DNA of 64,000 bases, taken from assembly GCF_009914755.1 (NCBI RefSeq), contig NC_060934.1. One strand, given 5' to 3'. Position 1 is the stretch's first letter; each line of letters starts with the position of its first letter. Both the position numbers and the translations under genes were made by a program. The notes beneath the pieces are model-generated. The model made no database searches and was not told the DNA's origin. It saw nothing but the letters and a program-made list of their open reading frames with translations. Below, in pieces: positions 1 through 15,384 of this stretch. The stretch is from the human T2T-CHM13v2.0 reference genome, Homo sapiens.

Positions 1-110
1 TGTAAAGATGTAAGTGTCAGAATACCTGCCATCGCATTATTTATAATAGCTAAAAACCAGGAATAATCTGTCAATGAAAGAATAATTAAATACATTATGG
101 TACTATCCTA

Positions 111-613
<503 letters not shown>

Positions 614-898
614 TCAAGGAGCCAACAAGGCATTTTTGTTCTCCTTTAACTTTTCTGTATAGTTAAACTGTTTTATAACAAGTATAGGTTTTTCTAACAC
701 CCTTGATGAAACAATGATGTTTATTCCAGTTCTTTAAAGCTTAAAGTGATGCCTGGGCATGTTTGGACAAATAGAAAGAAGTCTTGCTTTCTTGATTGTA
801 TGACCAGGACATTAGCAACTCAATAGGGTATAAGTCTACTCACATAATCCCCAATAGGCTATATGTGTTATAATAATTCCACTGAAATGCTTACGTAC

Positions 899-959
899 TT
901 TTCTGAAATTCTTCCAGTTTTTTAACGGCTTCATCTCGTTCTTGCCTAATTTTGTCACA
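899..959 (-). CDS. SHTN1: Shootin-1 coding exon 3 (CDKIRQERDEAVKKLEEFQK + 1 nt)
   Basis: Acceptor TTCTCTCATTTCAG|T, donor AAA|GTACGT; 61 nt in frame with exon 2; coiled-coil-type peptide matching shootin-1. The gene continues left of the window. Confidence 0.95.
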
Positions 960-1391
960 CTGAAATGAGAGAAGTAAACAAATGTTAAACTTCAATCATA
1001 AATTTTAAGTTTGAAAAGGCAAGCAAGAGCAAACTTATAAACAACAGCAATTTTCTGAAAACAAAACAAAATTTAAAACCTTTGAAAAGCATCAATGGTC
1101 ATATATGAACTTGCACTGCTCAGCCAGCATGGTGTTTGTGCCATTTGTATCTGGCCAATTTTCTCAGACCTTCTAAGATATAAGTCACCTTCCTGCTCAT
1201 TATCTCCTCAGTAATAGCCCGATTTAACATCCTTGAGTTAAAATATATTCATTCTTTAAGAGAATGTTTGTACCTATTTTTATGTTTGGCTAATGCTGTA
1301 CATAGTCACTCATGTACATGTCTGATTCCAAACAGCTTCAACTACCCAGAACATTGGTGCATACCTGGGAGGTAATGGAAAGACTACCGCA

Positions 1392-1738
<347 letters not shown>

Positions 1739-2680
1739 TCACCCAAGAAAAAGTGATCCATGTGTCCTCAGAATTCGGAATAGAGGAAGGTACCAAATTA
1801 AAAGAAGAGAAGATAAAATATTCCATACTAAGCACATATCATTTATATAAACCGATTTTTAATTTAAAAAGGTGGGAGAACTCACTGAAAAGACTTTGGG
1901 AGGCAAGACCATAAAAGGCAAAAATAACTATTAGAGCATAAGGACCTTTTAGGGTATCTGGTATAGAAACAAGTATCTCCTGTATTGATAGGCCCTGGAG
2001 GCATTAATGAATTTTTTTAAAAAACCTAATGTTTATTATTATAAGGACTGAATTCAGTATATCTTGAATTTCATAAAACAGGGATATATAACAAGATATT
2101 CACCACAAGTAGCTAAAACATTAAAAAGTAATTTCTAGCTATTAGAGTAGTAATTTTAAATGTATTATCTTGGGAATACCTTATTCCCTAAGAGTGCCAT
2201 ATGAATAAAGCACAATTTTAAATTATATTTGATTGCTAACCTGCCATATAAATATATAGGAATTTCATCCCTTTGGATGTTCTTAATTCCGATTTTCAAT
2301 AGCTAAAAAATTATGATGTCACATAATGTGAAAAATCCAGATAAAAACAATGAGATAGTCTCACCTATCGGACTGGCAAAAACTGAAAAAATCTGATACC
2401 AGGAGACAGGAAATCTCATAGACCACTGATGGATGTGTCAATTGGTATAATTACTTTGGAAAAAAACTTCTATCAAAATTGAATACATACTTCCCTATGA
2501 CTCAGCAATTCTACTTCTAGGTGTATATACCCAGAGAATCTCTAGTAATGTATAACATATACAAAAATGTTCCACATTTTTAATAATAGTACATCATGGT
2601 ATGTTCATACACTATACTACAGAGCAGTGAAAATGAATAAAGCCGTATGTATCAACATAAACGTTAAAAACCATCATGTT

Positions 2681-2986
<306 letters not shown>

Positions 2987-5900
2987 TTAAATGAGTTGCA
3001 GAAGATATATCAGATATATCAAATAATATCTTACATACACAAATGCATCTCATATATTTATATATGCTTTATGATACATCTAATATATATAAATATGAAA
3101 TAAAAAGAAATATACAACATTTATAACAGTAGTTGTCTCTTAGGAAACAGGGAGGGGAATGGGACTAGAAATGGTGAGAACTTTCAGTTGTATTTGCTGC
3201 ATTCCTTATTTTTGAATTTCAAGAGAAATAACAGTTCTGTGCAATGGGTATTTGTTATACTATTCTCTGCCCTTTCCTGTCCTTTCAAAATATTTTAAAA
3301 ATAAGTAAGAAGCTTGCAGTTCAGTTTTCCCCTTTAGTCACTAAAGAACCACTGAAATGTCATACTGTACCTGCTCATATGGGTAAATGTATTCTGGCAA
3401 GAGAACATGAAACAAGTACACAGTGTTAAATTAGCAAATCTGGTTACTAAATCCTGACTCAGGATCCCCCACCCAGTCAAAATGAGTTAGGCTGGACCTA
3501 ACTTATTTACCAAAGGAGAAGGCATTTCTTTGATTAAGGTTTCCCGTGGCAATCCCATCCTCTGTAAAAAATAATAATAATTCTGTCTAATATAGTCTGT
3601 AGTTTCAGCTTAAACAAACAACATTTATGATTTTTTGGTGTTTAAAATTCGAAATAGTAGAGTTCTAAATTCGCATATAGGCTTTTCTTAGCTCCTTCCT
3701 CAACCCAAACGGACTACATTAGACATCATAACCCTTAATGATAGGAGACTTCTGGCTAGCGGTTTCAGGAATGTTCCTCTCATTTTCTAGAATGGGCTTC
3801 TGTTTGGTCTGGATTTCCCCACCACCCCTACCAGTCTGTCTACCTTCCTCCAATAATGCACAGTGTAGCATAAGGCACAAAAAGAAACCTAGTTTCCGAC
3901 TAGGCTCAAACTCCTGAGTCATGATTGCCAAGTGAAATATATCTGGTGCTTTACTTTCAAATTAATTTAATGTTTCTTAATCTGGCATTTCTGAAAAATG
4001 TGAGATGTCTTGTAAAAAACTGTCTTCATTTAAGAGCTGGCACTTGGGAGTGTTGCTCCTGACTTAATGTCACTTGGTTCCCTCTATGTAGCTCTCGAAG
4101 CTCTACCTAAAGGAATTAGAGGTTTATTCAATTCTCGCTTCAGTCAAATAGCCAGAGTTTTTAGTGAGACTTTGGATGGCAAAAGCATTAAACAGGAATG
4201 GTGCTCTATCTAGTCAGATCTGAAAAAGGCCACCAGTTGACATCATACACAATCACTAATGTGATGCATGACAATTTTAGGTAGGCTTGTACTAGTTGCC
4301 CAGAAGAAAAACGTCAGGTCCACGCTCTCTGCTATTAAGGCCCAGGTAGACAAGCTCAGATTAGTAACAGGTCTCAACATCAGTTTTATTCCAACATGCA
4401 GGTAGCCCATTTCTATAGTCCAGCTATATGGGTTCACACTAATCCTATGGTTATCATCAGCAGATTCACAAGCTGTCTCCCATCCCCAGCTGTGTTCTAT
4501 CAGGGGTCTTCATGTTGCTTTGCTTTCTATTTTCTGCAACCACATTATGCTAGAACTGGCAGCCACAGAATTTACCATCTGTTATGCTGAAAGGGGTGTG
4601 AGTTGGGGGTGGGGAGAGTCTACACATGCTGCAAATGCAGCTTACTTATTCTGAACCAGAACTGAGCAAAATATGGAGGATGTACGCATTTACTAAAAGC
4701 AGAAATCCAAACACCCACTTATTTCATCTTTTTAGGTGAACCCAGAAAAGAATCTTGCAAACTTTCTCTCATTCTATCAACAGAGGGAAGTCAGCCAGGA
4801 TAACGGGCCTTTTTGGAAGAATGTTTCATCTTTCCACCACACAGAAGCCCCTCACCCATCCCACCCCTTCCTCTACCCTGCTCACGCAGCTGCACCATTT
4901 GTAAAAACTGCTTCTTTTTGTGTGAGAATTGCTCATGAAGACTTTGCAATAGCAACAGATGTTCTTGGGCCTACATCACTTAATTATGATGCCCAACGAT
5001 TCTCTGTAGCTCAAGGCTGAGGTAGAACCCAGTGGCACAACTGCTGGCTCATGTAAGCAAGCTGGATAACATTACATCGACTCTAGAGTCTCTATTTGGC
5101 TCTTTATGAAGGGATGAATTGACCGGAGGTTGGCCTTGCTGGTTTTGAAAGCCCTTAATATTAGAAGCCCTGGCTATTTTCCATATCTCTTCCTTGAGCC
5201 TCATCCAGGCAGATACCTGGCTTCTGAAACTAAACCAGGATTTCTGAGCATTGGCAGACTGATTTGTAGAGAAACAGCCTTTCCAGTGTGAATTAGTATC
5301 TTCCTTGCACCACCCACTCCCTAAAATGGGCAGCTCAGTTATTCATCCCTCTCTCACGTATTCATCCAACTACCATCAACATCAAAATGTCTGCTTCAAA
5401 GGGCTCAGCAGAAGTACAGATAACTGATACAGATACCAAGAAATCTTTATATTCTGTTGTACGTATACGTTATGCAAGAAAAACCTCAACATTCTAAATT
5501 GTATCTAACTTCCACTAATATAAATATTCATGCTTGTCTTCCTGGTGCACAAATGCATCAGAGGGTTGCTAGCCTATAGATAGGGCAGTTCAGGGCCCAA
5601 GAAGTGCATATATGCACTGCATATGCACAATACCAAGACAGGGAACAATCTATACATACGCAAGTACATTACAGTTGACTGAATCAGACTTTTAAGCAAG
5701 TATCTACTATAATCATTGAATGTCATTATTTCCTCCTCTGAGAACTGAACAAATTTATACAGGGCCCACACAGCCCAGCCACTATGTTAAACACTGGGCA
5801 CAATACATGAACACAATAGACAATGTGTTCTCACAAAAACTTATGATCTACCACAAAAGATCAACAAATGAAGTAAGCAATTCATAAGGACACCCGATAT

Positions 5901-6102
5901 AATGTGAGAAATACTGCCAAACCAGAACTGAACAAAACATGTACCCATTTCCTAAGGAACGTACAGCAGAGCCTACAACGCCACTAAGTCTGAAGAAGTT
6001 TAATGCTACACCATTTTTCTTGAAGTTCATTAATGTCCAGTTACAACAGTTAAAGATTTAAACATGCCCAGCATCAGAATTGTGTGTACTTTACCTGTTT
6101 AC

Positions 6103-6231
6103 CTGTTTAAGAATCCTTGGCATACAATGAAAGGACCATCAATTCATTTTTAATAGTAGTCGACAATTCTACTGCTCCACCTATGTAAGTCTGGCCAGAA
6201 CTGTGCTTTCTGGATTTCTACACTCTTATCC
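6103..6231 (-). other. SHTN1: Candidate alternative exon in SHTN1 intron 2; last 21 nt (6123-6103) encode MPRILKQ in frame with exon 3
   Basis: Acceptor TGTATTCTTTAG|G (exon start 6231; weaker alternative start 6180); tandem donors CAG|GTAAAC (6103) and CAG|GTAAAG (6095); ATG CCA AGG ATT CTT AAA CAG abuts the first donor at phase 0. Confidence 0.55.
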
Positions 6232-8314
6232 CTAAAGAATACAACACATTAAATCATTCCCACTAGGATGGAATTCCTTTCACTCTCTTTCTCTTTTGGT
6301 GTTCTTCTTTCTTCCAATTCAAAGTTCTTTCCCTCCAATTTTCACAGGCAAAAAAGAAGTGGTAGCTGCCCTCAAAGCTGTCTTGCAGCATTCTCCAAAT
6401 TCTAGGTATTGTGTGTTAGATGGAAACACATGTCATCAGAACAGAGATCCTTGCTCTTTGTTTCTAGATAGATTGCTGTTAATAAGAGACTCATTTTCAC
6501 TTTCAAACTGCTAAGTAATTACTTTTTCTCTGGCACAACCACTTGCCACTCTGTCTCAAAGAAACTGCATGTATGTGGATGTATTATGCATGAACAGTTA
6601 GCATAATGGATGCATATCTTGCTCTTTAAAGTGGCTTCTTTATTGATTTTTTTAAAAAATAAAATACTTTGAGACCTTCATCTCTGAATATTACACAAGA
6701 GGAAGAAATTTTAACAATAGACAACTGAGCCAAGATGCAAACAGTATCATATATCCTGCTTCTTGAAACATAAGTCTTGGAAAGTGTCTGTCTCATTCTC
6801 TTTTCATTCATTGTTCCTGGCAAGCTGACAGAACCGCCTGATGCACTGTTACAGTAGCTCACCCAAACGACTTCTAATCAGCCACTTAAACATTTATGCA
6901 TTTCAAAACTTGATCTCAGAACATAATACTAAACATAAATACTTACTATTTAAAGGCAGACATTCTTCTATTATACAGATTTCCTTCTTTTTACGCACAC
7001 TCCACACACACCCCCACCCCCACCACTCTGAGAAACATGAAAGCTATTCCATTCAAAGCTCAATGACGCTTTCCCCCCATATAGGAAAAAAACCCAAACG
7101 ATTATGATAAAGATCCTGAGTGAGTCATAAGAGAATGCCCTTCAATTGTGGAGGCATGACTAACATTTGAATATGGTGATTGCTACACAAGCAAAGTAAA
7201 CCATTTTATTTGGTTGATTGCAAAATATATAGTCATCTATTTTTCTATACCCCAAAAATATAAATTTGAAGAGTTGTTCACCTCAGTATGATAGGCTCTT
7301 ACTTTTTCACATACTGCTAAGTCCACTTAGAAAATGGGCAAAAAATAATGGAAACTAGCAAGTAGCACCATTTCCATAATCCCCATTTATCTTGATGTTA
7401 AAAAAACTCGCTGTTTTTACATTTGAAGGCAACCCACATCATTTGCTTATACTCTAATATTTTGACAATAAATTTTGCTTGATAAATGTGATACATACAT
7501 ACATAAATATGCAGATGTCTTATTACCAAAAAAGCAATAAATTCTGCTTGTGAGAGAGTTAGAGAAGACTTTGAAAAACCTAAGTGACATTTATTAAGGC
7601 AAGCATTAAAGGCTAGTAAAAAGTTATCACATGGAAAAGAGTAGGAACCTTGTCTTTTTGTTCTTTGTCCATTGCCCAGCCATGCTCTAGGCACTCACAG
7701 AGCAGCATAATTGATCGTGGTTATTTGTCAACTTATTTGAGGTCCTCATTAGAGTGGTTTTACTCAAGAGTAGGACCTTCATATATTTTTCTTTATACCC
7801 CAGTACTCAGAAGGCATTCAATAAAAAGGTTTCCCTTCAAAAGAGCTTTCCTTATAAACTCAAACAAATTGACTCCATTCTCAAAGTCACTGATAAAAAA
7901 AAAAAACATAAAAGAGTCAGCAGTTTTCCTAAAATGGAAGAACTGCAAAAAAAAGAGAAAATATCCATCAAAACATGGGTCCACTCCCCCTGCCCCAAAT
8001 TTCCTGCTTTTATCCTTGGGATGCATTATGCCAGAATCTATATGTATATATACAAGTACACACATACATATACAAACACATGTGAATGTTTTGACATAAG
8101 ATTGATTTGATACTTATATTCAACTTTCAGTTTTTCAACACAAACCAATAGCTGGTAAAGATAAATGACCCAGAAAAGGATCGGGTCTGATAATTTGCTG
8201 TGGAAAACTCATGCACTAACAATACAGAATTAGAATAAAGTTAGGACCTTTGCAGAAGAAGAGTCAATAAGCTCCCACTGTTCACCTGCTTCTAAAAGAA
8301 CATCGTGCTCAGAA

Positions 8315-8430
8315 GACCCATGTTTGAATCTAGACTCTGCCATGGTCTGTGTAACACTGGGAACCTCATTCAAGCCCTGGGGTACTGTTCTTTCCTCTGT
8401 GAAATGGAGCAGACACACTGCTGTGTAGAG
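8315..8430. mobile_element. MIR fragment
   Basis: GTTTGAATCTAGACTCTGCC...TTTCCTCTGTGAAATGG. Confidence 0.55.
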
Positions 8431-9898
8431 CATGAGACAGGGAGATGAGAGAGCATGGATGTCCTATAGCAGCTTCTTACACCATGCAGCCTCTGAACAA
8501 CTGGTTTCCCTGAAGAGCACCATGTCAGACCACTTGTCTCAACGCAAGAGAGTCCAAACAGGGCAGGAAAAGATCCTGCCCAAAGGAATCACATCCACCG
8601 CCGCCTCCCATTGATAAGGTTCATGACCTGGGGACAAAGATAGTAGACATGTGGAAGGAAAAAATACCTTGCAATTTATTTTTTTGCTTCCTCTGTTCAC
8701 TCTAAATTTCCCTACATCAAATTAACCATGGCAAAAGGAGTCTTACTTTAATTTGCTGTCCCTGAACGATTTAACTGCACTCTGGTTTGGGGCCATGAAT
8801 GAAAGGATGGCCATATGTATTTGCTGATGTCAACTGGACAAAGCTCACCCAGCCAGGCACAAGAGAGTGCTTTCCCAGAGAAAATGCTGTTCTCCATTTA
8901 CCACCTCCGGAACTAAAGCTGCTTTTACTCATTCTACACTCTATAAAAGGCTTTTATTATATGCTTCCCTCCTTTGTAATACAGCCCCCCTTTTTTGAGG
9001 AAAAACCTGCAGTAATAAGCAAGCTAGTCTTTTAACAGAAGATAAACAGAGTGCAGTGAACTTAAAACCACTCTACTTTGTTTTACCCAACCACACAGCA
9101 TTCCATATTGCTTTCATTTCTTTTCTTCCCGTTTCTGTTAATAGTTATTTTTAAAGAATTACAACAGAAGCAGGTCAATAATGCCTACAGATGTCATGAA
9201 AGTATTAGGCCATACTCTATGCAGTGAAACATGTAAACAGTTAATGGGCTGAGGTAATTTATAATCCTCCTTTTACCAAATGCATTTTACCTATAATTCC
9301 ACTTGCATAACGGATGATTCACTTAAAACCTCACTGAGAAAGTGTCTGTCAGTTAAACAACTATCATCTCCACCAATAACAGATGTTTACAGAGCATCTA
9401 CTATGTATTTTTAGGGCACTGCTAGGTCTACATGTAAGCAAGGATTAAACAAGAAGAATAAATAAAAAATTTTATCTACTTCCTCTTACATTATTCATTT
9501 TCTTCTATCATCCTTCTTTCTCTATTATATGAAGACAACTGTTTGCTTTCCCTTCTCTTACCTTCTAGGTTAAGTCAAAGAGTGCTCCTGAATTAACCCC
9601 TCCAACTTGCTTTGTTCTTCTCGTGGGTCAGGAGCAGCTACGAAAGAGACTCAGGGACTGATATCATCTCAGTCTCTTTGTTCTCCTACAGCTGGAAGAT
9701 AGCTGAGTATCTTAGAGCAAGATGCTCAAGTTATCCAGCCTAAGCATTACCCACTAGGTTTACTTTGGAATTCTGGGGCATCAGGGGCCCAGGATCTAAG
9801 AAAAACCTCCTTACCTGTTTATGTCCTCAGGACATTTGTGATTCTGCATGGTTACAGGGTTGGAATTAGAAATCATGCCAAACTACTATTTTCAGTGA

Positions 9899-10195
<297 letters not shown>

Positions 10196-11506
10196 TCTTA
10201 CCATATTATAGATGCAAGCACCAGCCCCTTCTAATATGGATGTTTTTATCACCTCCACCTACCATTCCCTGAATCACCTGATGAAGGCAAGAGAAGAAAC
10301 TTAGGATTTCACAGAACACCAAGGATTTATTTACAAATGAGCAAAGGAGCCTTAAAACTAGGTGAAAAATAATGATCTAAAAATCCCTTATAATCGGCTT
10401 CAAACTGGAGTACTTACCATTAATATCACCATCCATACTACAGCTATATAGGTGGCAAATTAATAGTGAAAAAGTTAAATATAATTCTAAAGAGCCCAAT
10501 AAGTGATCCCAAATATCCCATACGTTTTACAAATATTTAGCTTGCTGCCAGTTTTTATTACAGCTCTTACTCCGAAATTTTAAAAATGAGGTTTCACAAT
10601 TTAGAGCAGTGATGGCTATCTTCTTCTTTAATATCTACAAAGGACCTGTTTTATTAATTTTTGGTCAGGGATATTATGTTCTGAAATATTTAGCCTACCC
10701 AACAAAGTAATTTTTTAAAGTAAATTTTTTTTATATCTAAAACCGAAAATAGGCAGTCTGCTTTCTTTCCTTTGCTATTCAGTCCCTCTACGTTTCTGAC
10801 CTTAGTCTGTTCTTCCATTTGTCTCCTCCCTAAATTTACAAGAAATATATATATATATATTATTAGCTATATATATTAGCAAGCATTCACAAATCTTAGA
10901 TATTTTCAGTGATAAGGATATAGTTTGTAAGGTAAGTAGAATTCAATTATTTAACAGTTAAAACAAAACTGACAGAACCCCTGAAAATATTCACCAGACT
11001 TCCCCACCTTCACAGTGGATGCTTCTCAACTTCCAGTGTATTATTCATATAAATAGAAGAAGCAGACATATAAAGATTTATGGAGGTATTGGGGCGAAAC
11101 ACCAATGACTAATTCCAAAGAGTTTTCTCTAGGACCCAATGTGTCTAGGTCCCAACAGTACATGTATGAAGTGTTCAATTCCACTGACAGAATCCCAAAT
11201 CTGACTGTTAGGGAAAAAGTACGATTCCTGGGGACTTGAGTTGCTTGGCCTGGTGCCTTGCTGCACATTTAGCCATGTAGTTAATCTCCCAGAGCTGCAC
11301 CCACTGTGGCATGCCTGCTATTCTTTACCATCTGGAGCCTGGAGTTGGTATTAGCTTGAACCACACATGCAAGAGAAAAGGGAAGAAAAGAAAAGAAAAA
11401 AACAACCCTCATTCACATTTAACTGAAATTGGTGACTGAACAATGCACTATGCCGCCTAGGCTTTTACACATGTAAGAAAGGGGAAAAAAAAGGTAAAGT
11501 ACAAAC

Positions 11507-11559
11507 CTTCTCCTTTGTTTTCTGGTTCTCTGCTCTAAGGTCTTCATATTCGCCTATTG
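11507..11559 (-). CDS. SHTN1: Shootin-1 coding exon 2 (AIGEYEDLRAENQKTKEK)
   Basis: Acceptor TTTCCTTTTTTCTTTTAG|C, donor AAG|GTTTGT; 53 nt; phase 1 to phase 0, continues the exon 1 frame (58+53=111 nt). Confidence 0.96.
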
Positions 11560-11699
11560 CTAAAAGAAAAAAGGAAAGCAACATTACAACACTGTCAAAA
11601 GTTTACTGCAGGGCAACCTGGGGAATCCAACTAACCCCCATAGTCTTCTTACTAGGTTGAGGTAGGGTGGAGAAGAGGCTGCAGAAAAGGGGCTTCTGC

Positions 11700-11835
11700 T
11701 TTTTATTTTTTTTATTTTGTAGAGACAGGGTCTCACTCTGTTGCCCAGGCTGGTCTCAAAACTCCTGGGTTCAAACGATCCTCCTGCCTTGGCCTCGCAA
11801 AGTGCGATTACAGGCACGAGTCACCAAACCCGGCT
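11700..11835 (-). mobile_element. FLAM / Alu monomer
   Basis: About 135-bp monomer with T tail, about 140 nt upstream of the exon 2 acceptor. Confidence 0.85.
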
Positions 11836-12547
11836 GGGCTCCTGCTTTTAACAGTAAGGATGAAAAAGGAGACATGAGCCCACCAAACTAAATTTCAGTT
11901 CTCCCTAGGTCATTAGGAACACCCATGATCCAGGAGAGGTGACAGATGACAAGCAATTTCTCCTTTCTGATGCTCAGCACTTGGTCCTGTGAAAGGATTC
12001 AGGCAGGTGTTCCCTGAAGTTCCTCCCAGCACTATTAGTCTGTGGTACTGTAATCAGAGATTTATTTAGAAAATCAGCCTGTAGAAAGTAGAGTAGGTTT
12101 GCACACTCGACTCAATGTCACACGTCTGCTTTATTCACAAAGCAAAAAATTTATGAAGGATTCAGCTAAGAACAACTATTTTCAGACAAGATTGTCAGTC
12201 ACGACCAGAAATTCAGACTCATTTCACTAAATGGGGAAGATATGTTAAACTGTTTGAAAATATTATCCACTAGGTAGAGGGGAAAGTTGTGTACTTAAAA
12301 TCGTTTATTGCCCCTGCCCAGAAAAAAAAAACGAAACCTAAATCCCCACATTCATCTTTAATCAAAGCACCATTTTTAGGTATCCCTACAGTTGAGAATA
12401 TAAAGTTTTGAACACATGAAGTGAGAAGAAAAAGAATGGCCTAAGATCAATGACAGAGCAGAACATCTGAAGTAAGTCTAAAACTGCTGCTCACCCCAGG
12501 GCTGGCTTCTTGACTGGCACCAGAACGTCAGTGAATCATCAGGTTGA

Positions 12548-12765
12548 TTTTCTTTTTTTAAGAGACAGGGTCTTGTTCTGTCACTTAGGCTGGAGTGCAG
12601 TGGCACCATCATAGCTCACTGCAGTTTTGAACTCCAGGGCTCAAAATGATCCTCTCACCTCAGCCTCCTGAGCAGCTGGAACTACAGGCACATACTACCA
12701 TGCCCAGCTAAATTTTTAAATTTCTTGTAGAGATGGGGTCTTGCTATTTTGCCCAGCCTGGTCAC
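12548..12765 (-). mobile_element. AluJ, partial
   Basis: Right arm plus part of the left arm. Confidence 0.85.
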
Positions 12766-13287
12766 AATTTGAACTTTTGCTTTATGGATTTATCTACCAA
12801 AAAAAAAAAACCCTCAGTTTTTCTTTTAAGAAAGAAAAAAAAACAAAAAAACAGAGCTTCCTATTTCTATGAATAATCTAAAAACAGAAATAAAAAATCC
12901 GAAACCAGTGGTTGCAAGAACATCCCAGATAATCTGGTCCTTAATTCCAGAAATGTATGATTCTAACCACTAGGGCAAAGAACACCCCAGAAACAGACAA
13001 TTAACATGGTAAAGCACATGCCTTGTTTTCTCCTATGGTGATCGAAAGGGTTCAGAATGGCTACTGTGATGGTGGCACCAAAGTCCTAAAATCCAAATTT
13101 AAATTGGCGAATATTTATGAGATTATATCACCAATGTCCAGAAGTTTTATTAGTATACCAGGACCACTTAAACAAGAATAGACAATTTTATTGAAGCCAC
13201 ATCCCAAAATAATCCTTGAAAACTAGTCCATAAAATAGGTGAATGTGTACATGTAAAGATATAGTTCTGAAAATAATTACATTTACA

Positions 13288-13591
13288 GGCTGGGCGTGGT
13301 GGCTCACGCCTGTAATCTCAACACTTTGGTAGGCCGAGGTGGGCAGATCACTTGAGGTCAGGAGTTCAAGACCAGCCTGGCCAACACAGCAAAACCCCGC
13401 CTCTACAAAAAGTACAAAAATTAGCTGGGCATGGTAGCACTTGCCTGTAGTCCCAGATACTTGGGAGGCTGAGGCAGGAGAATCGCGTGAACCCGGGAAG
13501 CAGAGGTTGCAGTGAGCCAAGAACGCACCACAGCACACTCCAACCTGGGCGACAGAGCGAGACTCTGTCTCAAAAACAAAACGAAACAAAA
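13288..13591 (+). mobile_element. AluS
   Basis: Full dimer with A-rich tail. Confidence 0.95.
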
Positions 13592-14027
13592 CATTTTCAA
13601 CAGAAAAAGATTTGACTGACCTAGAATGAAGCTCTCTGCACACCAGCTCTTCATCAGCCCCACCACACGCACCGCAAGAACTAAGTAAAACTAAATTGTC
13701 TTTGGAGCTGAAAAACCAATAAAATGTGTCCCCACCTTTTTAACTGAAAGAAACAAGAACTAAGTAAGATCTTCTAAAAATATTCACTTACACCACCACT
13801 GGGTAGTCTATGGTCATGATCCCACATCTTACTACTGTATCTTAAATTGTTTCAAAAAACAGATATATAAGTATTTTATTAAAAGACTTTGATTTTAGGT
13901 TACTTGACATTTAAAAGTATCTATAGATGAAGTTGAAAAAACCAAAATTTATTTAATGTTCTATAATTGGTGACCTACTTTACAGACATACAGAATGAAC
14001 AATAAAGGCTTATAAAACCATGATCTC

Positions 14028-14331
14028 AGCCGGGTGCGGTGGCTCACATTTGTAATGCCAGCACTTTGAGAGGGTGAGGCGGGCAGATCATCAGGTCAGG
14101 AGTTTGAGACCAGCCTGACCAACATGGTGAAACACCGTCTCTACTAAAAATACAAAAAGATTAGCTGGGCGTGGTAGCGCGCACCTGTAATCCCAGCTAC
14201 TCAGAGGCTAAGGCAGAAGAATCGCTTGATCCCGGGAGGCAGAGGTTGCAGTGAGCCAAGATTGCACCACTGTATTCCAGCCTGGGCAACAGAGCAAGAC
14301 TCCGTCTCAAAAACAAACAAACAAACAAACA
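14028..14331 (+). mobile_element. AluS
   Basis: Full dimer, (AAAC)n tail, TSD ccatgatct. Confidence 0.95.
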
Positions 14332-14925
14332 GAAACCCATGATCTTATATTGACATTAAGAAATTTTTTCTATTTAAAACATCAGATAATGGTTTTGAAG
14401 TCTTTTTAAAATACCAGTACTATTCTTCCATTATACTGACAATAGAACCCAGATGAAACATTGTAGGCTCCCAATTACTGAGTATTTATGAAAACAATTA
14501 AGAATCTTTGAACTATCATATTTTAATGAAAATCACAGAAAACATGCTTTCTTGTGACTATGTACAACTTTGAAGTAAGGTATAAGGAAAGGAAAGGGAA
14601 AGTATGAGAATAATTCAACCCCTTGCTAATAAAACCAAGCTCACTACCATAAACAACACATACACAGACATGCACACACATACACACACATATGTATCAC
14701 AGTGGACCCCTAACCCTAACTTCAGCAAAACTGGCAAAAACTGAAGTGATCTATATTACTCAGCTCCTTTTTGGCAATGTTACGGGGTCGCAGAGAAAGC
14801 TGCCTTTTTGTTTCAGAACTGGCTTGCAGTCTGAAAATTTTAAAAACTGAGCTTGCACAGCTCAAGTGATTCCATCAGAGACATCCTCCAAATCCTGAAT
14901 TTGCCAATGCTAAAGAGATTAATCT

Positions 14926-15227
14926 GGCCGGGCGCAGTGGCTCACGCCTGTAATCCCAACATGTTGGGAGGCCAAGGTGGGGGGGAATCACTTGAGGTCA
15001 AGAGTTCAAAACCTGCCTGGCCAACATGGTGAAACCGCATCTCTTCTAAAAATACAAAAAAAATTAGCCAGGTATGGCAGCACACGCCTGTAATCCTAGC
15101 TACTCTGGAGGCTTGAGGTGGGAGGATCACTTGAACCCAGGAGGCGGAGGTTGCAGTGAGCCGAGATCATACCACTGCACTCCAGCCTGGGTAACAGAGC
15201 AAGACTCTGTCTCAAAAAAAAAAAAGA
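14926..15227 (+). mobile_element. AluS/J
   Basis: Full dimer with A tail. Confidence 0.93.
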
Positions 15228-15384
15228 ACAGATGAATCTGACCAATTCTCAGCATATGAAAGATAGCTGCAGCTTGAGAGCTCGAGAAGACTTCATCTCT
15301 CAGATTTACAGGTACAGTATATTTCACTGTACTATAAGGTTATATAGGACAGTAATTAAAAAGTACATCCTAATGACAGCCGAG

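Noticed and set aside
7650-8110. 149-aa and 118-aa overlapping ORFs in intron 2
   Set aside because: AT-rich with Lys runs from A tracts, near-cognate starts and no recognisable homology.
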